Shown here: piece by piece, positions 47,973 to 58,291 of the stretch
How positions within the stretch are numbered: the stretch's first letter is position 1
How the letters are laid out: every line of letters starts with the position of its first letter
Assembly: GCA_048884785.1 (NCBI GenBank)
Contig: JBHLQM010000001.1
Span: 93,743-157,742, forward strand
Origin: Candidatus Thorarchaeota archaeon
GTDB lineage: Archaea; Asgardarchaeota; Thorarchaeia; Thorarchaeales; Thorarchaeaceae
Reading direction: 5' to 3'
Length of the DNA stretch: 64,000 bases
Notes under the pieces: model-generated
Databases searched by the model: none
What the model saw: only the letters and a program-made list of their open reading frames with translations
What the model was told of the DNA's origin: nothing
Position numbers and translations under genes: made by a program

Positions 47973-50047
47973 TTCTCATCCGCATCAGAATTTTCCAAGA
48001 GCTCTCTTATTGCTGGTGGCATCATTTCAGCAAATTGAAGCATCTTCTTCTTTTGCTCCGGAGACATTCGCTTGATCATCTCTTTCATCTGTTCTGGATC
48101 AGGATGACCACCCATTCCCATCATACCGCTCATTCCAGCTGCCCCTCCCATCATGCCCATCATCCCAGGGCCTGCTGGAACTGCATCTTCAGCATCGGAT
48201 TTCGCTACCTTCTTGGCAATTTCTGCTTCGAGTTCAGTGATTTCATCAAGACCTTGGTGAGCATAATACGTATCGTAGAGTGATTTGAATGTCCCATTAA
48301 GAGCTAGGAGTTCCTGATGAGTTCCCTGTTCAATGAGTCTACCATGGTCAAAGACCAAAACTCTTGATGCATTTGCGATTGTTGTCAGACGGTGCGCGAT
48401 GACAATTGTGGTTCTATTGGCAAAGAGTTTCTCTTGAGCATCCTGAACGAGGGACTCACTGTATGCATCTAATCTACTAGTTGCCTCATCCAGAATCAGG
48501 ATCTTCGGATCAGCCAGCATTGTACGAGCTATTGTTATCATCTGCCTTTGTCCAGCACTGAGATTCTTTCCACTCTCGAAAATCAAGGTTTCATAGCCAT
48601 CAGCCAATACTTCGATGAACTCGTTGGCTCCGATTATCTTGCAAAGCTCAATGATTTCATCCTCAGTTGCTTTTGGTCGTCCATATCTGATATTTTCGAG
48701 AACTGTGCCATCAAAGAGGTAGGGTTCTTGGGGGATTAGCGAAACCTCGTTATGCAGAGACTCAATCTTCAATTCACGTAGATCTTGAGTACCAATTAGA
48801 ATCCGCCCTGAATCAGGATCATAAAACCGATTGACCAGTGAAGCGATAGTGGTTTTTCCTGCACCTGTGTGTCCTACGATAGCAACCATCTCTCCGGGGG
48901 CTATTATGAAGCTTACATTCTTCAAAACCTCAGTGTTCTGAACATATGAGAATGAAACGTTCTCGAACGTTATTCCATCACTCTCTTTAGCTAGGGAAAT
49001 GGCATATTCAGCATCTCCAATTGCTGGCTTTGATTCCAAGACATCTGAGATCCTATCCATGGCGGCTAATGACGATTGAACCTGAGCTGCCATCATTGAA
49101 AGGCCTAGTAATGGCCACATGAATCTATTAACTAGAATCACACCTAGGAAAATTTCACCTATTGTTAATACGGGCAACGTCCCCACTGCAAGGGTTCCTG
49201 CAACGAAGAGGATGGCTCCTATTGCTATTTGTCCCATGGCACTAATGAGCGGCTGTAGGGCACTCATAAGTATCATAAATCTGAACCCGAATCGATATGA
49301 TTGCTGATTCAATTCCATCATGTCATCTGCCAATTCCTTCTCACGGTTGAACGCCTTTGCAATATGAATGCCGCTTAGATTCTCCGCAATTTGACCTGAA
49401 ACCTTGCCAGAAGCTCTCTGAGAGGCAAGCATCACCCGCTGTCCAACTGTTCCAAAGAGGACCGCGATGAAAATCACACCAGGAACTACAACGAGAGAGG
49501 TGAGTGCTAGTGCAGGAGCTGCAAACCAGAGCAATAGAAAAGAAGATACAAGCATTAGAGCCTGGCTTGAGAAGTCAATTATAACCTGAATTCCGGTCCC
49601 GAGTGCGTCAGTATCAGAGGTAACCCTTGATGTAACATTTCCACTCTGTTCCGACTTATGGTATGAGAGATCCGCCGTAATCAGATGATTATAGACATCC
49701 TGCTGAGCATTCTGAACAAACCCTGCTTGTGCTCCTGCAAGTATCCATGTGTTTATACTTCCAAGAATCCAAGATGAAACTTTCAAAGCGGCATATAGCA
49801 AAACAAGGAAGATAATTGAATTGAACGAATTAGAGGGATTGAGTGCAGTGTCAATTCCCCATTGCAGCACCAGGGGATCGAATACAGATACTACAGTTGC
49901 AATCAGTGAAAAGACTGCACCTATTGCAACAATTCGCTTGAAGCGTCCAAGGTATCCAAACATCCTTCTGAGTAATACAAGTACTGGTCGGCTTCGCTTT
50001 TCTTTCGTACCTATCAAACCCCGGGGGCCATGTCCTCTCATCCCCAT
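47969..50047 (-). CDS. Heterodimeric ABC exporter subunit (intact Walker B and H-loop)
   Basis: TMD plus GHTGAGKT, LSAGQRQ, ILDEATS, IAHRL. Confidence 0.93.
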   Translation of the reverse strand: MGMRGHGPRGLIGTKEKRSRPVLVLLRRMFGYLGRFKRIVAIGAVFSLIATVVSVFDPLVLQWGIDTALNPSNSFNSIIFLVLLYAALKVSSWILGSINTWILAGAQAGFVQNAQQDVYNHLITADLSYHKSEQSGNVTSRVTSDTDALGTGIQVIIDFSSQALMLVSSFLLLWFAAPALALTSLVVVPGVIFIAVLFGTVGQRVMLASQRASGKVSGQIAENLSGIHIAKAFNREKELADDMMELNQQSYRFGFRFMILMSALQPLISAMGQIAIGAILFVAGTLAVGTLPVLTIGEIFLGVILVNRFMWPLLGLSMMAAQVQSSLAAMDRISDVLESKPAIGDAEYAISLAKESDGITFENVSFSYVQNTEVLKNVSFIIAPGEMVAIVGHTGAGKTTIASLVNRFYDPDSGRILIGTQDLRELKIESLHNEVSLIPQEPYLFDGTVLENIRYGRPKATEDEIIELCKIIGANEFIEVLADGYETLIFESGKNLSAGQRQMITIARTMLADPKILILDEATSRLDAYSESLVQDAQEKLFANRTTIVIAHRLTTIANASRVLVFDHGRLIEQGTHQELLALNGTFKSLYDTYYAHQGLDEITELEAEIAKKVAKSDAEDAVPAGPGMMGMMGGAAGMSGMMGMGGHPDPEQMKEMIKRMSPEQKKKMLQFAEMMPPAIRELLENSDADEN

Positions 50048-51933
50048 TATTTGGCACCTCCTCTAATTGTTGCACTCTCAAGGAGCTCTTTTGCACCTGG
50101 CAAACGTTCGAAGATGCGCCTGTAAGCATCGGATTCCCTGAGTAAATCTTCGTGACAACCAGCGGCAATCAGCTGTCCCTTATCAACCATAATCACAAGG
50201 TCAGATTCAACTAGTGTTCGAAGTCTCTGTGTAACAGTGATGCTTGTCCGACCCACCATAACTTCATCCAAAGCCTTTCTCATCAGATATTCGGTTTGAG
50301 CGTCAACGGCGCTAACAGAGTCATCCATTAGGAGAATCTTGGGGTCTTGGATTATTGCACGAGCTATAGCAAGCCTTTGACGTTGACCACCACTAAGAGT
50401 CATTCCCCGTTCGCCAATTATGCTATCATACCCATCTTCCATATCCACTATGAATTCATGTGCCTGTGCTCTCTCGGCGGCTCTTAGAACTTCATCTCTT
50501 GTTGCCTGAATCCTTCCAAACGCGATGTTGTCATGAATACTCATCCTAAAGAGAAAAATGTCTTGCTCAACAAGGCCGACATTGTGGCGCACTGTTTCTG
50601 TACGAACATCGCGAAGACTAACTCCACCAACTCTGATTTCTCCTTCAGTTGGATCATATAGTCGCAGAAGCAGTTTGAGAAGAGTGCTCTTTCCGCCCCC
50701 AGGACCACCAATAAGGGCTACTCGTGAACCTCCATTAATCCTAATGCTGAAATTCTTCAAGGCATAATGCTCGTTGCCTTCGTTGTGAATGCCATATTTG
50801 AAACTAACATTGTCGAATTCAATGTCGCCAAGCCAGTCAAGCTCTAGGATTTTCTCCTCAGGTTCACCCATTGGATCCTTCCATGTTAGAATATCGACAA
50901 TACGTTTCGCATTCACATATCCACCTCTTAGCATGAGCAGCATACGCGGCATGTGGAAATTTAATCCTTCAAGTGCGACAAGCAAAGCTAGCAACTGAAT
51001 CATTGTACCTACGCTAATAATCTCAGTCCATACAGCATAGCCGCCATAAAAGAATGCAACAGAAGTCATCCCAGTTAAAATCAGTGCTGGAATATAGAAT
51101 GCAGCTAGACGTGATTCCTTTGCAACCATCTTCTCATATTGTTTGCTGACTTCTCTGAATTTTGCTTGCTCTCTATATTCAGCCCCGAAAGATCGCACAA
51201 CCTCAATCCCTTGAAATACACTCTGGGTGAGCGATGTCAGATTCTCCATATCTTCAGATCTTTGTCGACGAACAGGTTCGATGGCATTTGCATACTGATA
51301 TGCGAATGCAAGAAAGAGAGGAGTTCCAATAAGCATTATGAGCGAGAATACACCGATGTTTACAGCTGGTGTAGTAAATAAGAATAGATTGACCGAGGGT
51401 ATCACAACAAAGACTAGCAATCCGGGCGTCTGATCAATTAGGCCGAGTAGAATGGCAACGATAAATATGGATGTGAAACTTCCAAGAATATTCCTTAGGG
51501 CTGGATTGAGTGAGAAACGAACCCAGCTTATGTCCTGCATGGCTACTGAAAGAAGTCGCTTACTATCGACTTCATCGTGAAACGTCATGCTGTATTCTTG
51601 AAGAGCTTCAAAGAAATCCTGACGAGCGTCACGTTCCCAGCTCAGAGTGACAATTGCCCATATGTAGCCCACTACAAAGTACAAACCCATGTAGACAAGA
51701 GCCAATCCAAAAATTAGCCAAGCATAGAAGACAAACTGCTGACTTAGCCCTGCAAACCTTAGCTCATCAACGGCTAAACCAACAATCACTATTGGAAGCG
51801 TCATTAGCAATGTCGATATTGTGGTTAGTAACGTCGCAAAGGAGATAGACAAAGGGTGTCTAAGTAGGCCTCCTAGCATGTATCGAGCTGGGCTCTTTGT
51901 TTTGGTTATCCCATTGTTGTTTGATGACATCAT
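50047..51933 (-). CDS. Heterodimeric ABC exporter subunit (degenerate site)
   Basis: GGPGGGKS, LSGGQRQ, MDD (E to D), TQRL (H to Q). Confidence 0.93.
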   Translation of the reverse strand: MMSSNNNGITKTKSPARYMLGGLLRHPLSISFATLLTTISTLLMTLPIVIVGLAVDELRFAGLSQQFVFYAWLIFGLALVYMGLYFVVGYIWAIVTLSWERDARQDFFEALQEYSMTFHDEVDSKRLLSVAMQDISWVRFSLNPALRNILGSFTSIFIVAILLGLIDQTPGLLVFVVIPSVNLFLFTTPAVNIGVFSLIMLIGTPLFLAFAYQYANAIEPVRRQRSEDMENLTSLTQSVFQGIEVVRSFGAEYREQAKFREVSKQYEKMVAKESRLAAFYIPALILTGMTSVAFFYGGYAVWTEIISVGTMIQLLALLVALEGLNFHMPRMLLMLRGGYVNAKRIVDILTWKDPMGEPEEKILELDWLGDIEFDNVSFKYGIHNEGNEHYALKNFSIRINGGSRVALIGGPGGGKSTLLKLLLRLYDPTEGEIRVGGVSLRDVRTETVRHNVGLVEQDIFLFRMSIHDNIAFGRIQATRDEVLRAAERAQAHEFIVDMEDGYDSIIGERGMTLSGGQRQRLAIARAIIQDPKILLMDDSVSAVDAQTEYLMRKALDEVMVGRTSITVTQRLRTLVESDLVIMVDKGQLIAAGCHEDLLRESDAYRRIFERLPGAKELLESATIRGGAK

Positions 51934-51934
51934 C

Positions 51935-52462
51935 CTAGTCTCCTAGAATCGTGAGAAGTTCTCCAAGTTGCTGATGTGCCTTCGTGAGCTTGACCTTGAG
52001 CTTTTGTTTCTGATTATCTGTTAATTGTTTCTGAAGGTCATCAAGATGTTCAATCGCCAATCGAATACCATGAGTATGGAATAACGCCTGATCAACAGGA
52101 TCCAGCATTTGCATCCAGACCAAACGATGAAGTCTTGTTCTGTCTTCAACCGCACCTTTGTGTTTCCCCAGCTCTATGAAATGCTCATCTCCTTTCTCTG
52201 ATAGAGTATAGCTCTTGCTTCTGCCTTCTATTCGAACTTCTTCGATTACACGCTCCTTCTCAAGGGAGGAAAGCAGAGGGTAAATAGAGCCGGGACTCGG
52301 GCGCCACTTTCCGTTCGAACGCTCCTCCAGTATCTCCATGATTTGGGTTCCTGTGAGTTCCCGATTTCTGAGCAATCTGAGAATTAGTAATCTCAAAAAA
52401 CCACGGGGAACGCTTTGTAAACCGCGGATGTCCTCACAGCTGTCATGTCGTACCTCATTCAT
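51935..52462 (-). CDS. PadR-family transcriptional regulator
   Basis: PRGFLRLLIL, W.PSPGSIYPLL..LE, Y.L.EKG; real start ATG 52462. Confidence 0.9.
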   Translation of the reverse strand: MNEVRHDSCEDIRGLQSVPRGFLRLLILRLLRNRELTGTQIMEILEERSNGKWRPSPGSIYPLLSSLEKERVIEEVRIEGRSKSYTLSEKGDEHFIELGKHKGAVEDRTRLHRLVWMQMLDPVDQALFHTHGIRLAIEHLDDLQKQLTDNQKQKLKVKLTKAHQQLGELLTILGD

Positions 52463-52491
52463 TTCGAAACACCGAATTCCTATATGGCTAT

Positions 52492-52543
52492 TATCGAATG
52501 CGATATCGTATACGATATTTACGATATCGAATGTGATATAAAT
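52492..52543. promoter_or_regulatory. Putative PadR operator array overlapping the padR promoter
   Basis: TATCGAATG(C/T)GATAT at 52492 and 52525, perfect palindrome ATATCGTATACGATAT at 52503-52518, minus-strand TTTATA at 52537-52542. Confidence 0.6.
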
Positions 52544-52631
52544 ATGTCTATTCAGGAGCAAAATTAAGAAACTAATGACAAGTTTGATAAGATTCGCAAC
52601 TCGGGCTAATTCATTTTCTGAGGAATAGATA

Positions 52632-54476
52632 ATGGGTGAAAGGGCGAAGGTTAAGGAAACAGTCAGTCTATACTCCAAGGTCTGGCGGCTTCCGACATAT
52701 CGAGGTATTGTTATTCGAACTATAGTAATGGCATTGGCATCAGCAGGATTCTTGTCGCTACTGAAATTAATGAAATCTGATCTGCCATCCGGACTAAATG
52801 CTTTCATCTCCTACAGTGTTTTGCTTTTAATTACTGCATTTCTAGGCTCAGGAATGATGTATCTGATTATTAGAAAGAAGGGCTCTCCGCTTGATACCAG
52901 AAGGACGCTGGGAGCAGCTCAGTTTGGCTTGCTATTCTGGTTCTTTTTGGGCTCACTTGGAGGTCTAATTGACTTTCTACTTGTAACAAGCAGCATAGAA
53001 GCGAATCTCTGGACTGCAGGTGTTGCACTTGGATACTTGATCTTTGCCTTCCTAGTTACAGGGCTGAGCGACCATCATCCCCTCAGAAATTTCATGGCTG
53101 CTGCTATGCCCCTTATAATCTGGCTATTTCTTGCATCTACGCTTTCTTTGACACCCTATGGGTTGCCTCTACTACCAGACTTCTGGTATTTCACAATACC
53201 ATTAATCTTCATCATAGACTCATTTGCAGTCCATTATATCTTCAAGGCTGTAAGCCATCCCTTTGAGAGAGATCTGGGTATAAACGGCCCCGAACTACTA
53301 CGGGCATTTGGCTACGACTATTTGGTAGAGAATCCCGAACCCTTGGAATCTATCATGACTCAAATCAGTGTCGTACAAGATGTTCCTGTGGAGCTAATTG
53401 TGTTTAGGGGAGAAACTGGACTGATAGCTATCGGTGTAATTCTCTATGTACACCCAGGACCTTTCCGAGATATAGGAAGCAGTGGATTGCCATCGAAGAT
53501 CATTGAGCATGTCAAGCAGAAGCATGGTGTACAAGCATTCATTCTTCATGGAAGTTGTACTCATCATCAAAACCTCACAAACAAACTTGATTACAGTATT
53601 GTGATGAGTGAGATTGATAGATTGATTGAGGAAGCTCCAGCCCATCACGAAATATCCGGACCACATTGGTCGGATAGAGGCAAATTCAAGGTATGGTCAA
53701 TTTTTGCCGGAGAAGATGTTCTTGGAATTACCACAAGTGCACCAGAATTCACTGATGATATTTCTCTTGAAGTTGGCCGGGAGGCGGCAGATGAAGCAAG
53801 AAAAAGCGTTCCAAGTATAAGATATGTTGCTCTATCTGACGCCCACAATTGTATTGATGATGATGCAGTTTCTGTAATGCCAGGAGATCCTGAGGCCAAA
53901 GAGTATATCGAATCAGTGAGAGATGCGATTTCTTTAACAATAGGTCAGCCTCGGCAGAAATTCCAAGCTGGCATTTGCCAAATATGCCCACCAGGAATAT
54001 CAGCAAAGGAAGGAATGGGTCCTGGCGGTGTTGTTGCACTGGTACTAAAGACGGGAGAGAAACTTTCTGCTCTGATCTCAATCGATGGGAACAATATGGA
54101 TCCAGGGTTTCGAGAAAAAGCACAAGAGTTGCTCCGTAAAGAGGGTTTTGATAACGTGGAGCTAACTACAACAGACACACACCTTGTTAATGCGATTTCT
54201 CTTTCAAGCAAAGGATATCCTCCTGTAGGAAATATCAAACCAGGTATTGTCCTAGAGGCAATAGGTGAGGCAACTAAGAATGCCAGAGAAGCACTTCAGC
54301 CGGCTAGAGTGGGTTTTTCATTTGGGGAAGCTAAAGGAATCAGAACTTTTGGCGAGAAGGGGTTTGATACTCTCACTCAAGATGTTACGGAGGCATATCA
54401 AATCGCCAAACGTGTAGGCCTAATCACTGGAGGATTGGCATTCCTAACATCTTTGGTCCTGAGTTTTCTTTTCTAG
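52632..54476 (+). CDS. DUF2070-family membrane protein
   Basis: N-terminal TMs; HPGPF..IGS, HG.CTH..N, DAHN, DGNN, TTDTH. Confidence 0.85.
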   Translation: MGERAKVKETVSLYSKVWRLPTYRGIVIRTIVMALASAGFLSLLKLMKSDLPSGLNAFISYSVLLLITAFLGSGMMYLIIRKKGSPLDTRRTLGAAQFGLLFWFFLGSLGGLIDFLLVTSSIEANLWTAGVALGYLIFAFLVTGLSDHHPLRNFMAAAMPLIIWLFLASTLSLTPYGLPLLPDFWYFTIPLIFIIDSFAVHYIFKAVSHPFERDLGINGPELLRAFGYDYLVENPEPLESIMTQISVVQDVPVELIVFRGETGLIAIGVILYVHPGPFRDIGSSGLPSKIIEHVKQKHGVQAFILHGSCTHHQNLTNKLDYSIVMSEIDRLIEEAPAHHEISGPHWSDRGKFKVWSIFAGEDVLGITTSAPEFTDDISLEVGREAADEARKSVPSIRYVALSDAHNCIDDDAVSVMPGDPEAKEYIESVRDAISLTIGQPRQKFQAGICQICPPGISAKEGMGPGGVVALVLKTGEKLSALISIDGNNMDPGFREKAQELLRKEGFDNVELTTTDTHLVNAISLSSKGYPPVGNIKPGIVLEAIGEATKNAREALQPARVGFSFGEAKGIRTFGEKGFDTLTQDVTEAYQIAKRVGLITGGLAFLTSLVLSFLF

Positions 54477-54549
54477 CTCCTTAGAGTCCTTCCGGAAAGA
54501 AGATATTCGATGGTACAGATGGGTCAAACGCTAGAAAGGAGAGTCTTGA

Positions 54550-55113
54550 ATGAAGAAGCGAATCCTTGTTTGTTTGACAGGAGCAAGTGGAGCAACATAT
54601 GGAGTACGCGTGATAGATGCTCTAAAAGAATTAGGTCACGAAATTCATCTTATCTTAAGTAAGTGGGGAGCAAAGACTCTGGAGTTCGAAACCGGGATGG
54701 ATTCAAAAACGCTTATGGAAAAGGCGGATTTTGCTTATGATGAAAACGACTTGGCGGCAGGGCCTGCAAGCGGAAGTTTCCATCTTGACTCAATGATCAT
54801 TGCTCCATGTTCAATGAAGACTCTTGCTGGAATTGCCCACGGATATGCTGACAATCTGATTGCGCGCGCTGCTGACTGTAGTCTAAAGGAGAAGAGACCA
54901 CTTGTTCTCCTGGTTCGTGAAACTCCAATGAATCTAATACACATCAGGAATATGGCGCAGGTCACTGAAGCCGGAGCGATAGTCTTTCCAGCCAGTCCAG
55001 CATTCTGGCATAAACCAAAGACAATAGAGGAACTGGTAGACTCTCTGGTTGATAGAATGCTAACTCATCTCAAGGTTAAGCCTAAAGCAGAAATTGAATG
55101 GCAGGGAGAGTAA
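54550..55113 (+). CDS. ubiX: Flavin prenyltransferase
   Basis: TGASG, ASGS, APCSMKTLA, LKEKR, RETP. Confidence 0.95.
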   Translation: MKKRILVCLTGASGATYGVRVIDALKELGHEIHLILSKWGAKTLEFETGMDSKTLMEKADFAYDENDLAAGPASGSFHLDSMIIAPCSMKTLAGIAHGYADNLIARAADCSLKEKRPLVLLVRETPMNLIHIRNMAQVTEAGAIVFPASPAFWHKPKTIEELVDSLVDRMLTHLKVKPKAEIEWQGE

Positions 55114-55162
55114 CAGAGACATAACTCACCAGTTATATTGGACAGGTGAGATAGAGAACATT

Positions 55163-55864
55163 ATGACGGATTTTGCACCGTTCGAAGGTTTTCCGAAAGA
55201 GGGAATTGAATTCTTCAAGGAGCTCAGAGAGAACAACAATCGAAATTGGTTCATTGCAAATAAGAAGAGATACACTGAATTTGTCATTAAACCTGCTCAG
55301 TCACTTGTACAAGAGCTAGGCGAGAAGCTAAGCAAGACTTTGGTAGATCTCAGTTATGATACCAAGTTGACTGGAAGTGGATCGATAATGAAGATCTATA
55401 GAGACGTTCGATTTAGCAAAGATAAGACTCCATATCGAACTAGGTTAGGAATCATCTTCTGGGAGGGACCTGGAAAGAAAATGGAACACTCCGGATTCCA
55501 TCTTGGCTTGAGCGATCAAATGTTTGTTGTCCATGGAGGTATGCATACATTCACCAAAGAGATGCTGCCTAAGTACAGAATCGCAGTAGTGGATGACAGG
55601 TTGGGAAAAGAGCTTTCTAAAATAGTCAATAAACTGAAGGACTCTGGATATACAATCGGGGGAACTCATTACAAACGTGTACCTAGAGGATTTGACCCCG
55701 AACATGAAAATGCTGACTTCTTGCTACACAATGGACTCTACGCAGGCTATTCGAAGATTCCCAGAAAGGTAATTTCATCGTCAGAACTTGTGGACCATTG
55801 TCTGGAGCATTTTATTTCAATGTCCCCATTACATAATTGGCTTGTGGAAAGAGATCGCTCATGA
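55163..55864 (+). CDS. DUF2461-family protein
   Basis: L..NNNR.WF, IYRDVRFSKDKTPY, KRVPRGF. Confidence 0.9.
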   Translation: MTDFAPFEGFPKEGIEFFKELRENNNRNWFIANKKRYTEFVIKPAQSLVQELGEKLSKTLVDLSYDTKLTGSGSIMKIYRDVRFSKDKTPYRTRLGIIFWEGPGKKMEHSGFHLGLSDQMFVVHGGMHTFTKEMLPKYRIAVVDDRLGKELSKIVNKLKDSGYTIGGTHYKRVPRGFDPEHENADFLLHNGLYAGYSKIPRKVISSSELVDHCLEHFISMSPLHNWLVERDRS

Positions 55865-55874
55865 GAGCCTTCAA

Positions 55875-58151
55875 TCACATTAGGTAGAGACCTAGTGTTA
55901 GTGTGTGAGAGCAATACATGCATCGTATTGGATCTCGTTTGCCGAGCTGCTCAACCTGCTCAGAGTCAAGTGGAGCACCGCATCGGAGACATATCCACGA
56001 GTCCATTGTTTCTGCAAGCTCGTCTATTGTGGTGGGCAGCATGGCAATATCATCTCCCAAAGCCTCTACCTTTACAGTTGAATGCCTGCCATTCTCAGCT
56101 CCTGCTATTAGAAAGACAACAGCCACCTTCTTCTGAGTGTACTTTCCCTTCGCAAATCCACGGATGCTTCCAATGAATTGGTCTCCGACTATCCGTTCAT
56201 CAGAATCAACAATGTGAAAGTTCTTTGCAGGCAAGAGCTTCTCTGCCTTTGTGAAGAGCACTCTGGCGTTCCAATCCAACATCTGTTCCTGATCTGTTCG
56301 AGTCAAGTCAGTGAGTATTAAATCAAACTCCTTTGCTGTTGCCTTATTTGGTTGGAGTAGGTCACAAACTGAACGAATTAAGTAAGGATCAACTTGGAGG
56401 GTGTGTAGCTGATCTCTGAAGTCAATGTAGGATACGGTTGCAACTATTTTTCCCTGCACACAGTCTTTGGTTGGATATAATGTAAAAGTCGGACTCCTGA
56501 ACCCTCCCACCTCAATTCGGGAGATAGTTTTTACACTCTCGCCACCAAGCTCCATACAATCCTGTGGATAGGCAACTATGCTGACAGTAACATTGGTTAT
56601 CACAAAATCCGTTTCATTGGCGACCTTCACTTTGAAATCAAACTTGCCACCGATTATATCGCAGCCACGCATAACCAAAACATTCTGACTCATGGATGTT
56701 ACATCTTCAGGGCTCATCTCAAGCTGGGCACTTTTCTCCGGAGGCTCAGCCTCGATTCTTGGTTTCAGCCGGTCAGCCTGAATCTCTTGATAAGCGGCCT
56801 CAATTGCCTCAGCGTGGTTGTGAGGTACATCCAATACTTGCTTGCCGTGCAGTGTACACAGCTGCACCACTCTGGTTTCGCGACCCTCAGGTTTGGTATA
56901 TACTAGGTCCATCGGGTCAAAACACTCAGGACAATTGAAGAGACCTTTGTAAATATCAACCAGTGTTTCCTTTTTCATAGATGGAACGAAGAAGCGCTTG
57001 TTTCTATGTCCATTTCTGCAATCCATATCGAATTCAGTTAGCCCTCTTTTGTTTTCTACGTCTTTGAGACTGAGAGGGAGTCCGCATTTTAGGCATCTCA
57101 GGCTTTTTACAATTGAAGGAATGGTATCTATGGTTTCTGAGGTCTTGCTAACAAATTGGTATACCTCATGCGGTGCGTCTCTCTGCATGACTCCATGAAT
57201 TGGGCAAACAACATCAAATTCAATTTCATTCTTCTTCTTCTTGGCACCAAGAATGTGTGTAAAGAGCCCGCATTCGCCGCATGTCAGTACTGCTCTTGTT
57301 ATGAGCTGATTGTTGACCTCATTCCAAGTCACAGGTATAGTAAGACTGCCTGCTGGTCCATGCCCCGGACAAACTGTCCTAAATCTATATCCGGCTGAAG
57401 TTGCATCTATTCCGCGAATGGCGAGTGGCTGTGGGCAGGTGGATGACCTTAGCATTGATCTTACAACGGCATCCTCGGGAATTTCTCGAACAGCCTCTTC
57501 AACTTGCGGCAATAGCTGAATTGGAACTGACTTCTTTGCAGTGCCATGAGTTGGACAAGTGGTGTATAAGATCGCATCCTTCTTACGCGTTTCAATCTTA
57601 GCTATATGGCCGGGGAGCCCGCACCGTTCACAATGTACACTACGCTGCAAGAGCTTTTTCAAGAGATCTGGGTCGATGGCTAAAGAAACGTATTTTGCTG
57701 CCTTATGCCCACTTGCACATCTCGCATCCATCTCCAAGATTCCGTCGTTTTCAGTGATATCAATCAATGCATAGACCTGTCCGCATTGAGGGCATCGGAA
57801 TGCGTTGCGGACAGATTGATATGGGTCGGTCGAGGCTCCGGCAAGATTCACATGCCCTAGGTACTTAGATGGAAACTCACGTTTTTGATAGCCATGATTC
57901 GGGCAGAGGAAATAGCCGAGTGCCTCATCATCATCAATCTCCGTTTCTACAGAAATCATCGTATAGCCACAATCAAGACAAGTATACACGCTATCAAACA
58001 TCTCTGCTGCCATGTCTTCAACCTGATGTTCTGCAACTCGACGTACGCTCTTGTGACCGTTTAGACATTGAACATCCATTGTCAGGATTTTTTCTTTCAG
58101 GATGGCTGAGCGAATGTAGAGAGGTTCGGAACACTTGTTGCAGGTGAACAT
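55875..58151 (-). CDS. Multi-zinc-finger repeat protein with a C-terminal adaptin-appendage-like region and Zn ribbon
   Basis: Eight CxxC...CxxGH/CxxHG units, an Ig-like sandwich plus LLQP..EF platform-like region, terminal CLRC..CMYC. Confidence 0.7.
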   Translation of the reverse strand: MFTCNKCSEPLYIRSAILKEKILTMDVQCLNGHKSVRRVAEHQVEDMAAEMFDSVYTCLDCGYTMISVETEIDDDEALGYFLCPNHGYQKREFPSKYLGHVNLAGASTDPYQSVRNAFRCPQCGQVYALIDITENDGILEMDARCASGHKAAKYVSLAIDPDLLKKLLQRSVHCERCGLPGHIAKIETRKKDAILYTTCPTHGTAKKSVPIQLLPQVEEAVREIPEDAVVRSMLRSSTCPQPLAIRGIDATSAGYRFRTVCPGHGPAGSLTIPVTWNEVNNQLITRAVLTCGECGLFTHILGAKKKKNEIEFDVVCPIHGVMQRDAPHEVYQFVSKTSETIDTIPSIVKSLRCLKCGLPLSLKDVENKRGLTEFDMDCRNGHRNKRFFVPSMKKETLVDIYKGLFNCPECFDPMDLVYTKPEGRETRVVQLCTLHGKQVLDVPHNHAEAIEAAYQEIQADRLKPRIEAEPPEKSAQLEMSPEDVTSMSQNVLVMRGCDIIGGKFDFKVKVANETDFVITNVTVSIVAYPQDCMELGGESVKTISRIEVGGFRSPTFTLYPTKDCVQGKIVATVSYIDFRDQLHTLQVDPYLIRSVCDLLQPNKATAKEFDLILTDLTRTDQEQMLDWNARVLFTKAEKLLPAKNFHIVDSDERIVGDQFIGSIRGFAKGKYTQKKVAVVFLIAGAENGRHSTVKVEALGDDIAMLPTTIDELAETMDSWICLRCGAPLDSEQVEQLGKRDPIRCMYCSHTLTLGLYLM

Positions 58152-58291
58152 ACATCATCATTCCAGATGTTTATGTAGGATGCTCTTTGGGCTTATGAAA
58201 GTTAATCACATATACCTCAAACTGGGAGAAATTCAAAATAGAATCCACTAAGCAGGGCGAAAAGTGACCATCATGTATATCTATCAACTAT

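Noticed and set aside
52463-52807. 115-aa N-terminal extension of PadR in the track
   Set aside because: It overlaps the promoter/operator and the divergent DUF2070 gene; PadR homology starts after ATG 52462.
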